Assembly (NCBI RefSeq): GCF_032062105.1
Contig: NW_026929220.1
Coordinates: 62,001 to 126,000 of the forward strand
Direction of reading: 5' to 3'
From: Saccostrea cucullata
Taxonomy: Eukaryota
DNA length: 64,000 bases
Shown here: one piece after another, positions 13,701-27,269 of the stretch
Position numbering within the stretch: the first letter of the stretch is position 1
How the letters are laid out: each line of letters starts with the position of its first letter
Made by a program: the position numbers and the translations under genes
The notes under the pieces: model-generated
What the model saw: only the letters and a program-made list of their open reading frames with translations
The model's database searches: none
What the model was told of the DNA's origin: nothing

Positions 13701-14679
13701 ATCTTATTCCCAACTTATTTTGCCTATTCTTTGACGAATATTCCTAGTTGAAATAGTTGAAATAAATTTTATAAAATGCATACTGTGTTTCATAAAAGGT
13801 CCCATGGAAATACAAATGAAATTAGGAGTACTTAAATATTTCACCATTATGCAAAATGTTCCAGAAACATTTTCATACATGCAATAAAATCTTTCTTTAT
13901 AAGACAAAGGCACTTATACATCTATCTATATTTTAACCCTGCAATAACATTCCATTAGATAGATGCAAGGAAGTTAATATTCACCTGAGTAAAATACAAC
14001 AATTTGGAGGATCCATACAATATAAAATAAACTGATATATGAAGCTTTGCTCCCTCAAAACAACAGAAATATAATGATTAGGATTAATGAAATAATTATT
14101 CTAATATTTAGTAACAACTAAAAGATTAAGTTCTAATCGTTTCATAATATCACTATCACCATGCCGACTATTGACAAATTATTATTGCTTCTGTTCGATT
14201 TTTTAACCCCAATTAGTATTCTCTTACATCGGCCTCACTTGGTATTTGAGGAAGATTTTAATACGTTATTTTAAGTAGTTTGTCCAATTTTTATAAACCT
14301 AACATTTACAAATCTATCTGACCATTGAAACTATGAAACCATAAAACTATGCAATACGTAAATCTGGAAAAAAAATCAAAATGCTGTTGATTAATTTTTA
14401 CGTTTCAAAATTTTTCTGCTTTGTTTACATTTTCTTACTGGTAATTTATTTTTAAGAAAAATATTTTTGCGAATGCAATGAACTCGCAAATTTGCTAAAA
14501 ATTTATCTACAGTAAAAATTTCCAGATTTACGGTAATTATAGTGATTAATTATCAAAAGTGAATTGCACATGGGAATAACTCTTATCATTCAAATACAAA
14601 TTAATAGAACCCTGGTCAGGATCAGAACACTTGACCAAATAGTTCAGCATTTAAAAAAAAACTGGTAGCAATATACTTG

Positions 14680-16158
14680 CTCATCAAAATGTTTACTTTG
14701 TATGCCTTTGATATGCCAAGGAGCAGAGAAAAACTTTCAAAGAAATAATGCATTTTCACTACACATTCAAAACATCCCCACCCTTACACCAAAACCCATG
14801 ACACATGGTAATGAATTTTAACAGCCTTGGAAGAGGTACCCCATCATCATCATAGCTCTTCTCATAGTTGATTTTCAAAGAATTAACAGATTTTCACTTG
14901 ATTATCAACACCCCCATGAGAAACAAATCCCCTCATCCAAGGATCATGAATTTAAAAAAAATTAGAAACACAAGAAACCATGACCTGGGGGCCATGAAAT
15001 TCACAATTTTAAAAGAGGCACTCTTGTTCATCATAAGCATAATTAAGTTCGTTTGTTTAATACCCAGGTGCAGAGTAGAGGATTATCAAAAAAAAATTGA
15101 TACACATTCGCAATTTTTAAGATATAGCCCCACCTTAGCACTAGAGCTCTTGATCCTTGGGCAATAAAATTTACAAATTAAGAAGAGGCTCACTTGCTCA
15201 TCATAACTGTGTACTTAGTTTGTTAAATATCCAGAAGAAGAGATTGTGATTTTCATAGAATAATGCATTTTCACTTTCTGATTAGTATAGTCCCACCCTG
15301 GCACTAGAACCCTTGACCCTGGTGCCATGAATTTCACAATTTTAGACGAGACACTCTTGCCTATCATTGATATGTAGTTTGTTTGTCCATTTGATACCGA
15401 GGACCAGAAGAGTAGATGTTCAAAGAAATCATGCATTTTTAATGCATAGTGAATAGAGCCCTGTCCTTGAATCCTGACCAAGGTGCCCTGAATTTTACAA
15501 TTTTGGAAGAGGGTCGCCATATTCATGATAACTATGTAGTTAGTTTGTTTGTTTAATACCCAGGAGCAGAGAATAAGATTTTCAAAGAGTTGTTTTATTT
15601 TCAGTATATAATCAATTGAGCCCCCATCCTTTCCACAAGAACCTATGGCCCAGGGGCAATAAAATTCACAACTTCTCATCATAGCTACATAATTAGTTAT
15701 TTTAGTTGATACCCAGGAGCAGAAGATGAAATTTTCAAGGAATTGATGCACTTTCACAATATTATCGCTAGAGCCCCACCCTAACTTTGGAACCCCTGAC
15801 CCCGGGTCCATGAATTTTTATAATTTTGACTGAGGCCTCAATGCTTATTACAATCATGCCGGCAGTTTGACTGCGTGATGTCAAATAGTGAAGAAAAAGA
15901 TTTATAAAGGTTGAATTGATTTTGGTGGTTTTTGCCCCGCCTCTCATGTCCGAGGGGGGCAGAGACCATGAAATTCACAATTTCTATTCCTCTTAACCCA
16001 TAGATGAACTATGCCAAAGCTGGCTGAAATTGGGTAAGTGGTTCCAGAGAAGATGCAAAATATGTTCAAAAGGTCAGACCGACGAACGACAGACGACGCA
16101 CGACGAAGGACGAAAACAGATAGCAATATGTCACCTGAATGTCTTAGATGACCTAAAA
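14680..16158 (-). mobile_element. Helentron-associated non-autonomous element (HINE-type) with degenerate ~165-170-bp central satellite array
   Basis: Reverse-complement homolog of 40411-42304: 5' end TTAGGTCA...GGTGACATATTGCTATC plus (CGT/GTCC)-type microsatellite at 16070-16158, and tandem monomers at ~14980-15860. Confidence 0.75.
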
Positions 16159-16399
16159 TGAAACCATTACTTTAAGGTACTTCCAAGGTAAACCGATTGT
16201 AATTGTTGATTTCTTTACTACTCGACATTTTGCAAATACTAACTTGATTTTAGGACTCCATTCATTGCGTTAGTATCCAAGGGACGAATTATAGATATAG
16301 AATTATAGTGTGATATAAATGAGTTTGCAAAATGGCCATCGTCATACCTCTGGCAGTATATAAAATATAATTTTTATCAATGAAATAATTTATACACTT

Positions 16400-17150
16400 A
16401 CCTTTTTGTTTAATACTTTGTTATATGACCTGTAGATCAAAGAACACATTGAATTTTCCTGGTAATGCATGTACATAAACTCTAAATATAGTTCAAAGGG
16501 AGGCTACTGATTCGCTCCAGATCATTTGCTTTTCTGACCTGATATGTCATCCTTCGAGCACGGATTTTGAGCACTCTCCAGACAATTTCAATTATATTGA
16601 AATCAGACTTTTTAGGGGCCTCGTTTCAAACAATTTGAGAAAGCGGAGACATGACAGGGCATTGTCTTCTAGCCAAAGGAAAGTCTAGTTGGTGTATGAC
16701 GAGCGATCACGGTCCATAAACATTCATGAAGAGTTAATAAATATTCCTCGCTATTCATGTTCCCATCCATATTTTTAAGGGTTCCTACTCCATTATAACA
16801 TATAAAACCCCAAAACATGAGGGAGGCTCGGCAGTTCGTTTTCAAATCATCACGCAACCCGCCACATTCAGGACGATTTTTTTCCTCTCTCTTCCTCTAG
16901 ACATGAATTTTACCGTTATTTTCAATAGCCATCTTATTCAATTACTGAATATTACAGATGAACAATGATTGTTTACTGTTCAGTGTAACTTCTATCGACC
17001 AAATTGAGTATTCCTCTCTCTTTCCACACGTAAAGTTACAGTAGTTATTTCTTTTAGAATCTAAAAAAGCATTCTTAAAACCTTCCTTTGATAATCGTAT
17101 GTGAATTGTTCTAAGATATTCATTAGATCCTGGCATTGCATCTGGTTATA
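16400..17150 (-). mobile_element. Degenerate Tc1/mariner transposase remnant
   Basis: ORF 16669-16857 has SLMFWGFICYNGVGTL..DGNMNSEEY...LW.VIARH (Tc1 DDE core). Downstream P..SDFNIIEIVWRVLK resembles the WPxxSPDLNPIENxW motif. Broken by stops and frameshifts. Confidence 0.8.
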
Positions 17151-18702
17151 AAAGCTTTAAATGTCTGCCGACGGTTTATATTAATGCTAATATTAAGGAA
17201 TACTGTCATCACTATTTGAAGTTTTCCATGTCATCCCACGATCTCTTTACTTAAAGTACTTTGCCTCCTGGTGTAATCGGAAATTTCTGATTAATTGGCT
17301 ATGACATAATCAAAACGTTATTTCCAAACCATGACCATCTTTAGTAGAACTAAGTTTAAATTCCAAATTGAATACACAAAGGTACTTGACCGTTTTTATG
17401 AAATATTTCTTATCTCTTTGTACTGAGGGATTAGAAGGAACCTCAATTGCAATTAGTTTTACTATTTAGGAAAACTACACTGGTTATATAACCTTGTTAT
17501 CTTTTTTGTGAATGGAAATTGCGTTTGAAATAATAGCTTAATCAAATCAAGATGCAAAGAAAGACAGTAAATTTTGATACAGCACTTGACCTATTTCAGA
17601 GGATGTCATTGCATAAATACAGTTGTATTTCTCTTTTCCCTAGTCAATACTAAAAGGAAAAAGCTTCAAGATAGCGAGGATATCAAGAGATTTTAATATG
17701 TTTTACGGTGTGACCGTTGGGGCGAGCGCAGTTGTACCATCAAAAACACTCTAAAAATTGGTCAGCCACTTCAAACATCAAGCCGCACAAGACATCTCGA
17801 CTAGTTGTGACGTCACACGACATCACGGAGCTCGTCGGAGCTTACGGAGACAGCCGAGCGTCTGTTTGAAACTATAGACCTAGTGCAATTTTGGTTGAAA
17901 AACATTGTAGAGTTATTTTTTGTTTCTTTAAAAGATTTGTACAAACTGATAGCCTTTTATGCTTTACGTTATTATTTATTTATTTATTTTTATTTATTTT
18001 CGCAAAGGACATTGGGTAGTGCAGGAATTCTGGGAATGTTTCACAGAGAAATTTCGCTGACGTATGTACATATTTCAATCCGAATTTCCTCTGTTCTTAC
18101 ACGTTAGTCCATTGAGCTCGCTGCGCTCGCTAAAATTAAACACTATTTAAGGGTAGCTTCAGAATTTTATCGTTATGTGTTTTTTTTATTTACGTTTATA
18201 TATTAAGTCTTTGACCATATTGCTACAGATCCCGTAATGAAAAAAAAGGTATAATTTACGAAACAAGTATCGATATCCTCCCCCACCTACCAGAATGCAG
18301 AAAATCTAAAATACATTAAACCATAAAGCTACATTTAAAGAGGACAACAACCTTGATCGGAACCTCGAAGCGGTGTACTTGTGTCGCAAAATCACACAGA
18401 TCCTGATAAAACTAATTTATCTTTCGCATGCACTTGCAAACGCAGCCTCTTACACTCTCTCAAACACTAACGCGTTAACTTTTTAACGAAGAATAAAAAG
18501 TAAAAAAAAAAAAAAAACAAAAAACAAAACACATATTAAATGTAGGAAAATTGGTTTGGATGATGTTTTAAGTTGTTTTTATTGTTAACTTGTCAAAAAA
18601 TAGCTTTAATCAGCGACTTATGTTCACAATATGTGATCACTTTTTAAATTATTTCTCAATACACTTAGGAATAGGTTTTGTTTAATAAGAAATATATGCA
18701 CT

Positions 18703-18839
18703 ATATTCTTATCGGTCCGTGAAATGTCTCCTGATTTATCATCACGTGTGGCGAAAACATGACCTATCCCCACTACATAAGTGTGCAATCTTGACAGAAA
18801 GAACGGTTCATTGTTCAGTCGTTGTTGGAAAGCAAAGAG
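18703..18839 (+). promoter_or_regulatory. Putative core promoter and non-coding first exon of gene 2
   Basis: ATATTCTTATC (GATA site, 18703), CACGTG (18743), ACATGACCTA (18757), TATA-like TACATAA (18774), Inr-like TCATT/TCAGT (~18808-18819), donor AGAG|GTAAT at 18839/18840. The same order (without the E-box) occurs upstream of gene 3. Confidence 0.55.
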
Positions 18840-19882
18840 GTAATACAGGATTTTAATTTTATTCTGTTAAGTTCTCCCAAAGAAAAAATATACAGACAAT
18901 TCATTTTGAGATATTTCTGAGAATTGTTCAAATCCTGTTATTATTATTATCGTTAATGAAAAAAAAAATATTTCAAAATTCACGAAATTAAATAAAACTG
19001 CGATTTGAATTCAAAACAATATTTTCAATCTTATTACCGGGACAGAAAACGCAAAAATTATCATTATTCTTCTTTCAAATTCAAATAATGAAGAATATAT
19101 CATGATTAAAAATGAATGTGTATATTTGTAATATTAAAAGCATTTTTAAGAAGTATAAAAGGGGTTATGAATTAAAATTACATAACTTTTTAGTATATTT
19201 AATATCCTTTGCATATTCCTAATGTTCTGAATGGTATTTTGATTCTAGATAGATCATTGAAATTAATTTTTTAACTAAATAATTGATTGATTTCTTTTTC
19301 GATGTTATATACGCAAAAAAAATCTTATCAGTATTTCATTTTTTTATTATATCATATATAAAATTATATTGATACAATCTATTGTCAACTGATAACGAGT
19401 GCATAAAAGCCCTGTTTTTTACTGTGGAATCATTTTTATTTTAGAGAGTCAATATTCGTTGGGAAGCATCATTTCAATTGTTCGTAGATTAGGCGTTAAT
19501 ATGGAAGATTTAATACATTAATATGTTTAAAAATAAACGTTATAAGGGATGTATAAGAGTGACCTACAAACAATGAGATCCCAATACATTGGTGATCACA
19601 AAGTTCTCAAATTTAAATATGTTTGAAAGTAAACAAGATCTATATTTTCAAGCTTTTAACTAAAGGCAACATTTTGCGTTGAGGTTAATGTAATTGCAGT
19701 AATGCTGATGATAAAAACGTTATCTTGCTAAAAATTGCTCTGTTAATTTTTTCCTGCCCCCTTTTTTGATTTTTTTAAATGTTACGCTTTCGTTTTCCTG
19801 TATCCATGTCGACAATGTGTCATTCATTTTCTTTTAATTTTTTTTGTAGTAATAACAATGTATTTTTTTCACTCTAGGAACA

Positions 19883-22800
19883 ATGCAGATTTTAATTCTC
19901 TTTATTTTGCCGGCTGTCTTTGGGGCATCTGGTAAGTATTTTTATGAAAGAAATGAAAACAAACCATTTTTGAAATTGTGCTGATATGTCGTTTGAATTT
20001 AATCATACTTTTTTCAGTTCCCGAAAAAAGATTGCTCTTTGACAGTAAGTATTAATAACTGCACTAATGATATTGTCAAGATTCACATAATTTGCTGACA
20101 ATGTAAATTGCTTTTTTAAACATCATTTAATTTTATGATAATGTTGTATAATTTTGCTAAAAAAATAAAGAAAAAATAACTATAGTCTGAAAACAACATA
20201 GAATATTCACATCTTTTTTCAGCAAAAAGAGTCAAAAGGAATGAACAATATATTAATTCTTCGTTTTGACATTTTTTTAATATTCAAAGTCTAATAACTA
20301 GAACACTTTTTTCATATTAAGTCTCAATCATATATTTTTCTCCATTTTGAGTCTAACCCAATATGTTTTTCCCAACTTCTAAAGACCATCTGGATATACA
20401 CCGTTACTTTATTTTCCTTTTTTGTAGAAATACATGTATTAATCATTCATGAAGAACAATTTCTATAATTTTTTTCCAAATTCAGCCTTTCTTAATGGGG
20501 AAGAGGCCAGACATCTAGTTGATCAACTGGTGGAGTTACTTGCTACAGATGACAACGAGGTTAAATGTGAATCACATTGTCACACACTCATTGCAAACCA
20601 ACAGTCGGTTATGCAGCATTTATGTCCCTTCCTGTGTCACTCGTAAGTAGTAAAAACCATCAAAAGTCTTCATTTCAAATTCGATGGAGAAAAAAAAATT
20701 AAATTTTCTGATACGTGCTAGTGAGAAGAATTTTGAAGTTTTTACCACTTTTTTTATATACTGTAGACGTACTTTTTTTTCCAAGGGGTCATAATTCAGC
20801 GGAATCTCAATTTCTGTTAAATTTGCAGGAAGAAAATTACGCTGATTTTCTAGATTGTCTCTATATGCCTTAGTTTTAAATTAGGTACGCTTGGACACAT
20901 TTCCGCGGAAAATTTGTGACCGCGTACATAGCGTAAATTAATACCACGCGGAAAAAAGTACTTCTACAGTAGTCAAATTACATCGACATATCCATGGTAC
21001 TCAAGTTATCAGTATTCATTCAGATGATAAATTTCCACTTCAAATCATAATGAAAGAGAGTTGTCATTTTCTTCACTTGTTCACGGAAAACAATTACTTA
21101 TCGTGCAAATAACTCACGTTTTCATAATTTTCTACTTTCCTTAGAGCCCAAAATGCACTGAACCACTTACATAGCCCAAACACAGACCCAACTGTTACAG
21201 GAAAACGTCTTGTCCTCGATAGTAAGTTTGCTTATCATGTTTTAATTACCTTTTCTCATGTACTTGAAGCCATAAGAGTGTATGGAATATATACCTAGTG
21301 GATCTTCACAAAGGATTACAATTTACTTGAATCTCTTTATTAGTACCCTACCGATGAAAACGGAGGGGATTATTTATTTCCTCTGCTTCTGTCTTTACGT
21401 TCGTCCGTCTGTCTGTCCAAGTGTTTGTTTGTCAAGCTGTCCTACTTCTACTTGTTTTTTCCGCTTTTTTTTCTAAACGTTTGCAGACATTCAGCTGTAT
21501 TGTTGTATGTGAATGTAACTTTATAAGTTACATATCAATATTAAAATGTTGTTTCGCTACATTGATTTTTGATAGAATGATGGGATTTTAATTTTTCGTA
21601 ATGGTTTTAGATCGGTTCATGCTGCGCCAAATTCCGATGGTCAACATGATAAATATGAAGTGATAAAAGACATTGAAAAATGAGTTGAATTTTCGTCTTG
21701 ATGTGGTTCATTTCTTATATATGTTATATGCATGCACAATCACAATTTTCACATCAAGCAGATAAACTTGTTCATATCTTTTGCATATTATAAAATGACA
21801 CTCTAAAGAAAAAAGGGACCCGGTAGGGGATGTTTATTGCTTGTGCAATACTCTCAAAATGCTTGTTCTTCTCGCAGACTTCTTAAACACAGCAGAGACA
21901 GCTCATCTTGTAGACCAGCTGGTGGCTAACCTGGGAACAGACGAGAACGAGGCTGCCTGCGAGAAAGAGTGTCACGTGCTTATTCGAGATTCTACATCTG
22001 TTTTCCAACATATGTGTCCTTTCTTGTGTCACTCGTATGTGATTTTTTATAGTCATCTTTAAATTGTCTTTTTCTTTTATCATTCTTTAATGTTACACAT
22101 CTTTAATCTTAAATATTGTATCGTTGTAACAAATACAATGATAATATTGTTTTTAATATTTCTTACATTGGTAAAATTGAACAAAAAGTGATACCTAAAG
22201 GTTAAAGGAGCAGTCGCATCATCTCGGGTCATAGGTTGGAAAAGCAACCTCGAATGTATAAAATGTATAAAAATTCATACATTTCCTGTTTATTCAGTAT
22301 AGGATTGAAGGAGTTTGAAGTCCTTTCTTTAGTATATTTTAGGTAATATAATTACATTGAATACACTTTAACTCAATATTCCATAGATAAAAGGTCTACG
22401 TGCATTTATTTCAAAGATCGTGAAAGGTGGATTGTCATGGCATCTACGTAATACATTCAAGGTTGTTTTACCTCTAGTCTTAAAGGCCCTAGATGTTGCC
22501 ATTGCTTAGGGAGTATTATACCTTCATTTTTGGTTTTGAATAGCCATTTATTTATCGTTTTCAAATAGCGCTCAAGCTGTCATTAACAGCATCCATCACA
22601 CACCAAGTGGATCTCCCACAAAAAGATTTTTGGTCGACAGTAAGTGACTGATTTTTTATGGATTTTATTCACGTTATAAAAAAAATGTTTTAAGATCGTC
22701 TATATATAAGTAAAAAACACTCAAATGTGACGTAAAACAGCATACATCCAATCATCAATCTCTCTGTTTTAGCCCTTTTGGCAAACCCAGAGGTCAATGT

Positions 22801-24542
22801 CCTAGTAACAGGTTTGGTGGATGTCCTTGGATCGGACCCAACAGAGCAGCAATGTGAGAGAGAATGTGTCGTACTGATGCACGCCGATAATGTTCTTCAC
22901 CATCTTTGTCCGTTTGTCTGTCATTCGTATGTTTGTTTTTTAATCATTTAATTACATGTTATGCCGTGGTGTCAAAACTAACAAAAAGAATTATCAATAG
23001 TGAAAACTTTTATTTTTGTACAACGCAGGAATTGATTGTTTTCTGTAACAGATTATCCTTTCAATATTTCTGCGCTGAATTTTATTCTAAAAAAAATAGT
23101 ATTCTCCTAAAGATGATATATCCCAGTGGCTTCATTTTTGTGCTGCGCAGATATATAGAATGTAACTCATAATCGAAGTGGATTTATTAAAAGTAATAAC
23201 ACCTAGCGTAATAAATAAAAAAAAATAATTCTTGTGTGATCCTTTTTTTCAACTATCTATGAATCATATATATGAAGTTTTTTGTTAATTCATGTGTCAA
23301 TTTTTATGCATAGTATTTCATGTTAAGTCTTCTTTTTTTGCTTTTAAGATTCCAGCAGTTGGTATCTAAGATCCATTTGAATGCACCAGCATCCAACCCA
23401 TCTAAAAGATTTCTTGTTGATAGTAAGTATATAGAGTAAATCAAATATCGTTTTCAAATAGTCAATTCCACAAAAATAAGTCAAAACGCTACTCTGTGAA
23501 CTGATATGCTCTTGGTGACAGTTTTTACAAGCATATAAATGTTTAAGAAAAACGTGTGGAACAAATATATATACTAGTAAGTAAAATTGGAATAAAAAGG
23601 GGTCAAACGTCTCAGTGACATAGACGAAATATGTTAAATTGGCTTCGTATCAAACATGTTTGGTTTTTTTTCCATTTTAAGGACATACGCAAGGTACCTT
23701 CCCTACTGATAATGTTTCAAGATATTTTTGATTTAAGATTATTGTGCCATCAGATGTTCATAGATAAAAAAATCAGTATGCGTTGCCAGGGTTTTTTGGA
23801 AGATATCAAATTATGAAAATTTTTGCATTATTCAAAGAAAGATATATAAAAAATTACAAAACAAAATTTGTTTTAGAAGAAGTGTACAAATCCATATATA
23901 GACATTAAAAGTACTGCACACAGGTCCTTAATTTAGTAGAACTCTTCAACTCCAGGGAAGAACCCAATAAAGTTCAAGCTACGTTGCGTATGACCTTAAG
24001 GACGATATGCAGATTGTAATAATCATCAATATTTTTTCTTAAAATTTACATATATATCATTTTTGTAGCCCTCCTTCACAACAACCCTGATGTCGCCGTC
24101 CTTGTGAACACATTGGTCCAGACTCTAGGATCAGACCCCACAGAGGCTGCCTGTGAGTCCAAGTGTACCGTCGTCGTACACGCCGACAACTTCATGCACT
24201 ACCTTTGTCCTCTGGTTTGCCACTCGTACGTATTCTGTTCATCCCTGTGCCAGATTTTAGATTTTGATCAATAAAAAAATAAATAAAAGATGCTTCTCTG
24301 AAAGCATATACCCGAAAAATATCTGTATTTTAATGCTTACATATTTTGTTTTAATTTTTTTTTCATTTAAGAATTTATGTTAAAAAATATTGCATGCAAT
24401 CTAAGAAGATTTAGAGACAAGAAATCCATTTACATGTAACTTCAAAGATTTTTTTTTCATTTTTAAATTCATTTCTATCTATAGATTCCAGTCATTGGTT
24501 CAGAAGATACACATAGATGCTCCATCTGGTTCTGTGAAATGA
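19883..24542 (+). CDS. Gene 2: complete secreted 4-domain KR-cleaved Cys/His-rich polyprotein precursor (326 aa)
   Basis: Exons 19883-19931 (MQILILFILPAVFGAS, signal-peptide-like), 20018-20044 (VPEKRLLFD), 20486-20642, 21145-21221, 21878-22034, 22569-22639, 22773-22926, 23349-23422, 24069-24225, 24485-24542 (FQSLVQKIHIDAPSGSVK*). All borders are AG/GT; total 981 nt in one open frame; AATAAA at 24596. Confidence 0.92.
20759..20971. mobile_element. Short MITE in a gene 2 intron
   Basis: TACTGTAGACGTACTTTTTT...AAAAAAGTACTTCTACAGTA inverted termini. Confidence 0.65.
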
Positions 24543-25515
24543 AGGAGATTATCATCCAACAGATTAATTGTGTGTAATTAAACAACATCTTTTTAAATAA
24601 ATGAAATTTTTCTGGGTAACGCTGTTTATTTTTCTTCATTGTCAAATGTAGAAAAAAAAAACTTGCCCATATAGTCATGTGTGTGTTTTTTACTCGTAAA
24701 CATATATATTTCTTGCTAAAATACTGTAACATATTACCTAAATTAGTACTAGTATTTCAGAAAAAAAATACATATGAAATCAAGATTCCTTGAATAACTT
24801 CATGAACAATGCTAAAAGAATATTGTCATATCTGCAATGAAATCTTTATTTTTTTTTTACTCGACAAGATAATGAAAATATGTCTGAGGAAAATTTATTA
24901 CGTTAATTCCAGAGGAATGAATTTCATGAATAGTTACATGTAAAACCACCATTTCCCACCAAAAATTCCATACGTCAAATCTAACAATTTTTCTTCATAT
25001 CACACAATAATTCCCAGGGAAAAATTAGTGGAATAAATATCACAATTTCATATTTAGCCTTTGTGAAAAGAAAAATCAAAGATTTTACATTTGTTTCTTA
25101 TTCACTGTGTGTATTTTTAAGTAAGTTGTTTATTATTACTGGACTAGGCCAATTTTGGAACGAACTAACAGCGGGATCGGGAAACAAATTAGAAAATAAA
25201 ATCATTGCTCAAGTGTTGCATGTCCAAATAGTGATACATGTATATACGATATACTATTTAGAAGAATGAGATAAAACATATAGATAGAATTTCTGAAGCA
25301 TTAAAAGGAGGTTGAAAGGACAAACATTATTTAAATCAATGAAGTTAGCACACCCATTCACACAAGAGAACAATCTAAGGAAATGACACGAAGATAGCTT
25401 AGTGACACTTTGTGCGAAAAGAGCGAATCGTGTTTTCGTAGACTATAAATGGAATGATCCAGGGGTACAGAAAAAAAAACACACAGATTTGTTGAAAGGA
25501 TGAATCTCATGGAAT

Positions 25516-26635
25516 TAAGAAATGAATGTAATATTTTTTTCTTTGATCGATGTATCAAAGAAAAATTTGGACGGAAAACTTCATCAATGCGCGTAGCGCA
25601 TTGATGAAAAAGTTTTCCGTCCAAATTTTTCTTTGATACATCGATCAAAGAAAAAAATATTACATTCATTTCTTATCATTTAATTATGATTTTAAATTAA
25701 TAAAATGAAAGTTTCTTTCACTTTTCTATTAAATTTATGCATCAAATACAGTGCGCACGAATACATAACCAATTAACGTTAACGTTGCTGAAAATTCAAA
25801 ATGGCTCTAACCAGCTTACCAAAAACGTTCTCAAATATTGTTGTGTGATTACCAACAGTCTCCAAAATAATTTACAGTTCTTAAGCACAAAAAAACTTAC
25901 CTGTTATGTTTTCCCTCTTGGTATATTTTCCCCGGTAAGTTATCTAAGTTCGTAAATGTAACGGGAAGCTACTCAAATATCCTAACAGTTCTAGATCACA
26001 GAAATTTTGGATTTCATTTGCGCATCTTTTCATTTGAATTTCAAACCGAATATATAAATACGTATCACAACCTGTCAATGCTGTAAAACCCTGAAAAAGT
26101 CTGCTGTCGATAGTTCAAGATTAAAGAATTCCATTCTCAATTCATGCAGTGGCGTTTTTCTCGATCGCTCGTTTCCCTCGATTTATAACAGATTTACGGT
26201 TTTCCCCGCTTTGGTAGCATAATAAAACATTTTTTCAGAGTTCTATTGTTTCATACCAGATATCTCAAAGTCAAACATTTTAGAAAAGTATGCCGAATAA
26301 ACTATTTCTTCCCTTCTTTTCCGTAACTGTTTTGTCGTCATGCAGACGATTTTAATTTGTTTAGCAAAGGGGGATAATTCAAAATGAAACGAAAGTAGAA
26401 AGTAAGTCAGGAACCTAACGGACAGGTTCCGAAATTCAGAAAAATATTTATTAAAGCAAAGTTATTTAATTATTCCTTCAAAAAGTAACCTGGAAGCGGG
26501 GAATATACATGTACCGACTGTCAAAGTAGTTCCGGCTGCTTAGTGCAACCGAACTCTAGATTTTATTGATGCAGTTATCAAAAGAATTTTTGATCCAATC
26601 AGAATCAAGTATTTTATAGAAATTAAATGATTAAT
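25516..26635. mobile_element. Non-autonomous repeat with a long terminal hairpin; second, inverted copy at ~42431-43255
   Basis: 25516-25675 is a near-perfect inverted repeat (~75-bp arms, 3-nt loop GTA). The body to CCAATCAGAATCAA at ~26600 aligns in reverse to 42431-43255. Confidence 0.7.
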
Positions 26636-27269
26636 GTTTTCCATGCAAATATAATAAAGAAAGAAAACACTACAGTAATTTGCATCAGTAATATCATTCT
26701 TTTTGAAAAAATTCTGATTCTTTTAAAGTGCAGGTAAATCATTCCAATATCTCTACATTCCGTGTGTTTTTTTTTCCTAAGCCAACTGTGACATTGATTT
26801 GAAAACGTTTTTCGTGTATGCGTGTATGCTCGCGCGTAGAAATATACATGGAGAAACGTGTGTTAATGTGACGTCACAGTAAGGATATATCGAAGGTAGT
26901 AAACGTATAACGAGATAGAACAGGGAGGAATTCAAATATTGAGTATATTTTTGGTGCTTTCAAACATGTAAAATATGAAATATAAGGAATGTTTTAAGCT
27001 TAGTGTGATTTATTGGTGTGTGAATCACACAGACTTGCAAATAGGCATATCTACACAAGTGTCAAATCTGTATGATTCACACACCAATAGCTTACACAAA
27101 ACTTAGAAATATTCCTTGAGTAAATCCGTGTTCACAAAATCTAGTTTTATATATATGGTCGTATTGTTTCCGATCATGGAAATATTAATCCTTATTACGC
27201 CGTGATGTCAGGCAATAAACAGCTACCTTTGAAATAAAAACTAAACATTAGAACTTTAACGTCATTTGA

